From assembly GCA_017522015.1 (NCBI GenBank), contig JAFXAW010000006.1:1-32000 (forward strand): DNA of 32,000 bases. The letters are read 5' to 3'. This document shows, in pieces, positions 28,543 through 32,000 of this stretch (the stretch's first letter is position 1; each line of letters begins with the position of its first letter). The notes below the pieces were generated by a model, which made no database searches, was not told the origin of the DNA, and saw only the letters and a program-made list of their open reading frames with translations. A program made the position numbers and the translations under genes. This DNA is from Oscillospiraceae bacterium. Lineage in GTDB: Bacteria > Bacillota > Clostridia > Oscillospirales > Oscillospiraceae.

Positions 28543-29626
28543 TGCCTATACTCCCTTCACCATTGGATTGCATAAGGGTGAGCTTTCCCCAACCCTCCGG
28601 CGGTTTTTCGCCCGCCGAGAGAAGCTGGCTCATACCGTTTGCGATGTATCCCAGCTTTGCTGCGATGTTTGCGTAGTCCATGCGCGTGGGGCCGACCACA
28701 CCGATCAGGCCGCGCGTATTGTCGCCCGCGTCGTAGCTGGCGAGGATCACGCTGGAATCCTTCAGCTCCTCCGCCACATTCTCCGGACCGATGAACACCT
28801 GCACATCCCCCGTGCTCTGCGGCAGCGGCAGGGAGAGAAGATGCTCCTTGTCGCCCAGATAGTTGAGCAGCCGGTGCGCCTTGTCCGGATCCCGGAATTC
28901 CGGGAGCTGCAAAAGGTTCTGCGTGCCCGTCAGATAGGCGCTGGACGCCGTTTCCGACAGCACCTCGATGGCAAAGCCCGCGATGATGGACACCAGACCC
29001 ATCGTGTCAAGCGCGGCGCGCTCCACACTGGAAATGAGCAGGGGCGTCACCTCGTCGTCCGCGATGCCCGTGAAATGCGCGTTAAACAGCGCTGCGAGCT
29101 TTTGGATCATGCCCTGTTCGACCGAGAAGGGCAGGTGGACGAGCTTGTTCTTCACCGTGTTGCTGCTCAGCAGCACGACAATGATAAAAGTGTTCGCGTC
29201 AATGTAGATCAGGTCGAAGCGCGAGATCGTGCACTTCGCCGGCGCAGTGAGCGCAAGCGCAGGATAGCTCGTCAGGCTCGCGGTGAGCTGCCCGACATCC
29301 GCCATCAGATGGTCAAGCTGCTGGATTTTCATGTTGAGGCTGCGGTTGATCTGCTCCGTTTCCTCCAGCGTGAGCTTGTGCTGCTCCATCAGCTCGTTGA
29401 CATACAGGCGGTAGCCCTGCGGCGTGGGGATGCGTCCGGCCGAGGTGTGCGGTTGCTCCAGATAGCCCAGACGTTCCAGCTCCGCAAGCTCGTGGCGGAT
29501 GGTTGCACTCGAAACGTCAATGCCCGGCTTTTCTGCGATCGTCTTGCTGCCAACCGGCTCTGCCGACTCGATGTAGCTGTCCACAACGGCGGCTAAAATG
29601 CGCTTTTTCCGCTCCGAAATCTCCAT
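28532..29626 (-). CDS. hrcA: heat-inducible transcription repressor HrcA
   Basis: MEISERKKRILAAVVDSYIESAEPVGSKTIAE...ATIRHELAELERLGYLEQPHTSAGRIPT. AAGGAG RBS 9 nt before ATG 29626. The stop overlaps the grpE start by 11 nt. The track start 29683 is an upstream extension into the CIRCE region. Confidence 0.93.
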   Translation of the reverse strand: MEISERKKRILAAVVDSYIESAEPVGSKTIAEKPGIDVSSATIRHELAELERLGYLEQPHTSAGRIPTPQGYRLYVNELMEQHKLTLEETEQINRSLNMKIQQLDHLMADVGQLTASLTSYPALALTAPAKCTISRFDLIYIDANTFIIVVLLSSNTVKNKLVHLPFSVEQGMIQKLAALFNAHFTGIADDEVTPLLISSVERAALDTMGLVSIIAGFAIEVLSETASSAYLTGTQNLLQLPEFRDPDKAHRLLNYLGDKEHLLSLPLPQSTGDVQVFIGPENVAEELKDSSVILASYDAGDNTRGLIGVVGPTRMDYANIAAKLGYIANGMSQLLSAGEKPPEGWGKLTLMQSNGEGSIGNGR

Positions 29627-29676
29627 GAAACGCCACTCCTTTCCCGCACAGCGCTGGCACACAGCAAAACTGAGTG

Positions 29677-29703
29677 CTGGCACTCTCTATCTTCGAGTGC
29701 TAA
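29677..29703. promoter_or_regulatory. CIRCE operator (HrcA binding site)
   Basis: CTGGCACTC-N9-GAGTGCTAA compared with the consensus TTAGCACTC-N9-GAGTGCTAA. The left arm matches 7/9 and the right arm 9/9. It overlaps the -10/TSS region of the hrcA promoter. Confidence 0.85.
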
Positions 29704-29730
29704 TTTACCATGCTTTAGGGAGATTGTCAA
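29702..29730 (-). promoter_or_regulatory. SigA-type promoter of the hrcA-grpE-dnaK-dnaJ operon (TTGACA-N17-TAAATT, TG-extended)
   Basis: On the minus strand, TTGACA (complement of 29725-29730), a 17-nt spacer ending in TGG, and TAAATT (complement of 29702-29707), abutting CIRCE. Confidence 0.6.
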
Positions 29731-29898
29731 GCCTTTCCGCGAGAAATACATATCACCCGGGCGCGCCGCGCCTTCCGTCGCAGGGAAATGAGGGCGACAG
29801 CGCAGAAAAATTAAATTTTCTTGTAGCTATTTACAAAGCGCTGTGCTATAATAAGGCCGCAGCAGAAACGCAGGATCACATAAGAAGCGAGGGTTTTC

Positions 29899-31434
29899 AT
29901 GGACATACCGATTGAATTGCTCATCGACTATATGGGCTATCTGAACCCGGAAGTGCGCCTGAACAAGCGCGGCGGCTGGATCAAGGGCATCAAGCTGATG
30001 CCGGAGACGGGGCGGCTGGACGCGCGCTATCTCTATTTTGCGCAGAGCGGCGCAGCGGCGAGGATTGACCGCGGGGCGCCGATGGTGGTGGTGTGCCGGC
30101 GCGACGAGCGGGCGGACGACAGCCTGACGAATTGTATATTCCTCCATACAGACATGTCCGTTGTGGAAATCTTCAACGAGATGCTTGGCACGCAGAACCT
30201 GATCCGCAGCTGGGAGCAGGATCTGGAGCTGTCCATCTCGCGGCGCGAGGGTGTGCAGCGGCTTTTGGACATCAGCGGCCGCGTGTTCGGAAATCCGACC
30301 GCGGTGATCACGACCTCCTTCAAAACCATTGCGGCGACCTGGGACTTTGAGACGGAGGATCCCACCTTCCGTGAACTGCTGGAGCTGGGCTATCTGACGC
30401 AGGACAGCTTTACGCGTCTGCGCGCCCGCGGCTGCTTCGATCAGGATATGCTCACCGGCGAGGTGCGCACGCTTGAGCCGGACGAGGGCAGCACTGATCC
30501 GATTGTCATGGCCGCTGTCACGCATGACGGTGCGGTGGGCTTTCTGGTTATCATGCTGTGCACCAACACCTTCCTTTCCCCCGGTCTGAAGCAGATCTTC
30601 GGCGTGTTCATCGAGAAGCTGCAATACTATCTCAAGCCCGCCGTTGCCACGGGGGACTATATCAAAAACCAGTTCGACTATTTCATCGTGGACATCATCG
30701 AGGGGCGCATTTCCACGCCGCAGGGCATCATGGAGCGCGCGCTCGTCTATCCGCCGGCCTACACGGCGGAATATAACACCGTGCTCATCGCGCACGAGAA
30801 CACCGGCGCGATGTATCTGGAGCACGCGATGCAGAACCTCAACGCTATCTTCCCGAACGTGCGGCAGATTCTCTACAACGGCAATATTATTCTGCACCCC
30901 GACCTTGGGGCGGATGCGCCGCGCCGGGAACATTTCATGTCCATGCTGGACGATTATCTCGATGCTTCACGTGCCTATGCGGGCATCAGCGAGACCTTTG
31001 TGGGTCTGGAGACGCTGCGGCAGAGTTATGAACAGGCGCTCACGGCGCTGGAGCTTGGACGGCAGCTGCGCGGCGCGCAGCGTGTGGACAGCTTTTTGGA
31101 GCCGAACGCCTGCGCTGCCCGGTTTTTCCTGTACCGGGACTATCTGACCTACGGCCTGCTCTGCGGAAAGGCTTGCGAGCTTGGACGGCTTGGCGACATC
31201 CGCCGCTGGGATCTGGAGCATGGCACGGATTACTACCGCATTCTGTACGTGCTGCTGAGTCTGGAGCGCAGCTTCACCAAAGCGGCGGAAATCCTGCATA
31301 TGCACCGCAACAACGTTATTTACCACGCCAAGCGCATTTCCGAGATCTTTGGCATTGATCTGGAGTCTCCCGGCGAGCGGCTGCAGCTTCTGCTGCTCTA
31401 CCGCGTGGCGGAGCTGTCGGAAGCGGGAATATAA
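29899..31434 (+). CDS. PucR-family transcriptional regulator (C-terminal PucR HTH)
   Basis: 511 aa. The C-terminus YRILYVLLSLERSFTKAAEILHMHRNNVIYHAKRISEIFGIDLESPGERLQLLLLYRV matches the PucR_C/HTH_30 pattern. I recognise no domain in the N-terminal ~380 aa. GAGGG RBS at 29888-29892. Upstream extended -10 tgcTATAAT at 29844-29852. Confidence 0.8.
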   Translation: MDIPIELLIDYMGYLNPEVRLNKRGGWIKGIKLMPETGRLDARYLYFAQSGAAARIDRGAPMVVVCRRDERADDSLTNCIFLHTDMSVVEIFNEMLGTQNLIRSWEQDLELSISRREGVQRLLDISGRVFGNPTAVITTSFKTIAATWDFETEDPTFRELLELGYLTQDSFTRLRARGCFDQDMLTGEVRTLEPDEGSTDPIVMAAVTHDGAVGFLVIMLCTNTFLSPGLKQIFGVFIEKLQYYLKPAVATGDYIKNQFDYFIVDIIEGRISTPQGIMERALVYPPAYTAEYNTVLIAHENTGAMYLEHAMQNLNAIFPNVRQILYNGNIILHPDLGADAPRREHFMSMLDDYLDASRAYAGISETFVGLETLRQSYEQALTALELGRQLRGAQRVDSFLEPNACAARFFLYRDYLTYGLLCGKACELGRLGDIRRWDLEHGTDYYRILYVLLSLERSFTKAAEILHMHRNNVIYHAKRISEIFGIDLESPGERLQLLLLYRVAELSEAGI

Positions 31435-31449
31435 CATATATATAATGTA

Positions 31450-31494
31450 GAAGGAAACGACGGGGCGCCTCTTCGCTGCCCCGTCGTTTCCTTC
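31450..31494. terminator. long perfect hairpin between the convergent PucR-family gene and the permease gene
   Basis: A 17-bp perfect stem pairs gaaggaaacgacggggc (31450-31466) with gccccgtcgtttccttc (31478-31494). U-tracts are weak on both sides, so terminator efficiency is uncertain. Confidence 0.6.
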
Positions 31495-31513
31495 TGTACT
31501 TATACCTTTATAA

Positions 31514-32000
31514 TTATATCTTTTTCCTGAGCAGGCCGACGAGGAAGGTCAGCGGATAAAGTCCGAAGGTGCAGACTGCGCCGGTGAGGGGGAAAACGGT
31601 TTCGGCAAGAAAGCTGAGGTCGGCATTCGTCAAAGAACAGACAAGCGCCGCGAGCGTCGCGGCCAAAGCGCAGAGGAGCGCGATGAGGCGGCTTTCCGAG
31701 TGCAGGACGCGGCGGAAGATGGTCGTGGCGCTGAGCAGCAGCGCGGCAAGGAGCACGAAATCGGTGAAAGCCCACAGCGCAAGGATGGGCACCTCGAAGC
31801 GTTCCAGCGAGCCGAAAAGGCGGATGTTTCCCGCCATGGCAAAAAAGGGATAGGTATGCCGCAGGGTGTAGGACGCGCCGAAATTGGCAAGGATGGCCGC
31901 GAGCAGGAGCGTTGAGAGCACGGCAAGCAGCAAAAACAGCCGAAGAAACGGAAGCGCGCGTTTGCCGGTTTGGGATATCTCCACGCGATCTTCCAGGAAA
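31514..32000 (-). CDS. integral membrane protein, C-terminal part; possibly a spore-germination (GerAB/GerKB-type) amino-acid-permease-like protein
   Basis: The frame stays open upstream of the track start (31984) to the window edge. There are at least four hydrophobic segments. NIRLFGSLERFEVPILALWAFTDFVLL resembles the f.eR.E...lW region I associate with spore germination permeases. This is a weak, by-eye call. Confidence 0.5.
   Translation of the reverse strand, partial: FLEDRVEISQTGKRALPFLRLFLLLAVLSTLLLAAILANFGASYTLRHTYPFFAMAGNIRLFGSLERFEVPILALWAFTDFVLLAALLLSATTIFRRVLHSESRLIALLCALAATLAALVCSLTNADLSFLAETVFPLTGAVCTFGLYPLTFLVGLLRKKI

Overview
This window is the chromosomal replication-origin neighbourhood of a moderately high-GC, probably spore-forming Firmicute. 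Assignment to Clostridia (Oscillospiraceae/Ruminococcaceae-like) is inferred from codon usage and gene content only. Gene order: mfd (minus strand, runs off the left edge and is missing from the ORF track) <> dnaA, an oriC-like spacer, then dnaN-yaaA-recF-remB-gyrB-gyrA, hemW, a VanW-family protein with a long (PEPS)n tail, metG, nth (minus), rarA-DUF951, a possible small ORF, and DUF378. An all-minus block follows: ytvI-like AI-2E transporter, a SERCA-type P-type ATPase, and dnaJ-dnaK-grpE-hrcA with CIRCE. The window ends with a PucR-family regulator and a partial membrane permease (minus, runs off the right edge). I saw no rRNA, tRNA, CRISPR array, transposase, integrase or recognisable defence operon. 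Most long ORFs in the track are codon-aligned antisense shadows of real genes. I cannot honestly point to a multi-gene novel system. The items most worth a second look are listed here. (1) A yybP-ykoY-type Mn2+ riboswitch with a terminator expression platform sits in front of the P-type ATPase and is invisible in the ORF track. (2) A ~0.55 kb low-GC islet carries a single acidic DUF4375/DMP19-like (DNA-mimic/immunity-like) gene, bracketed by hairpins and an 11-bp inverted repeat. (3) A ~21-unit PEPS tandem repeat forms the tail of the VanW protein. (4) The dnaA-dnaN spacer holds a DnaA-box cluster plus a 3-nt-periodic tract. (5) A coding-looking but unrecognisable ~64-aa ORF lies at 19477-19671. 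All homology calls come from motif recognition by eye, because no searches could be run.
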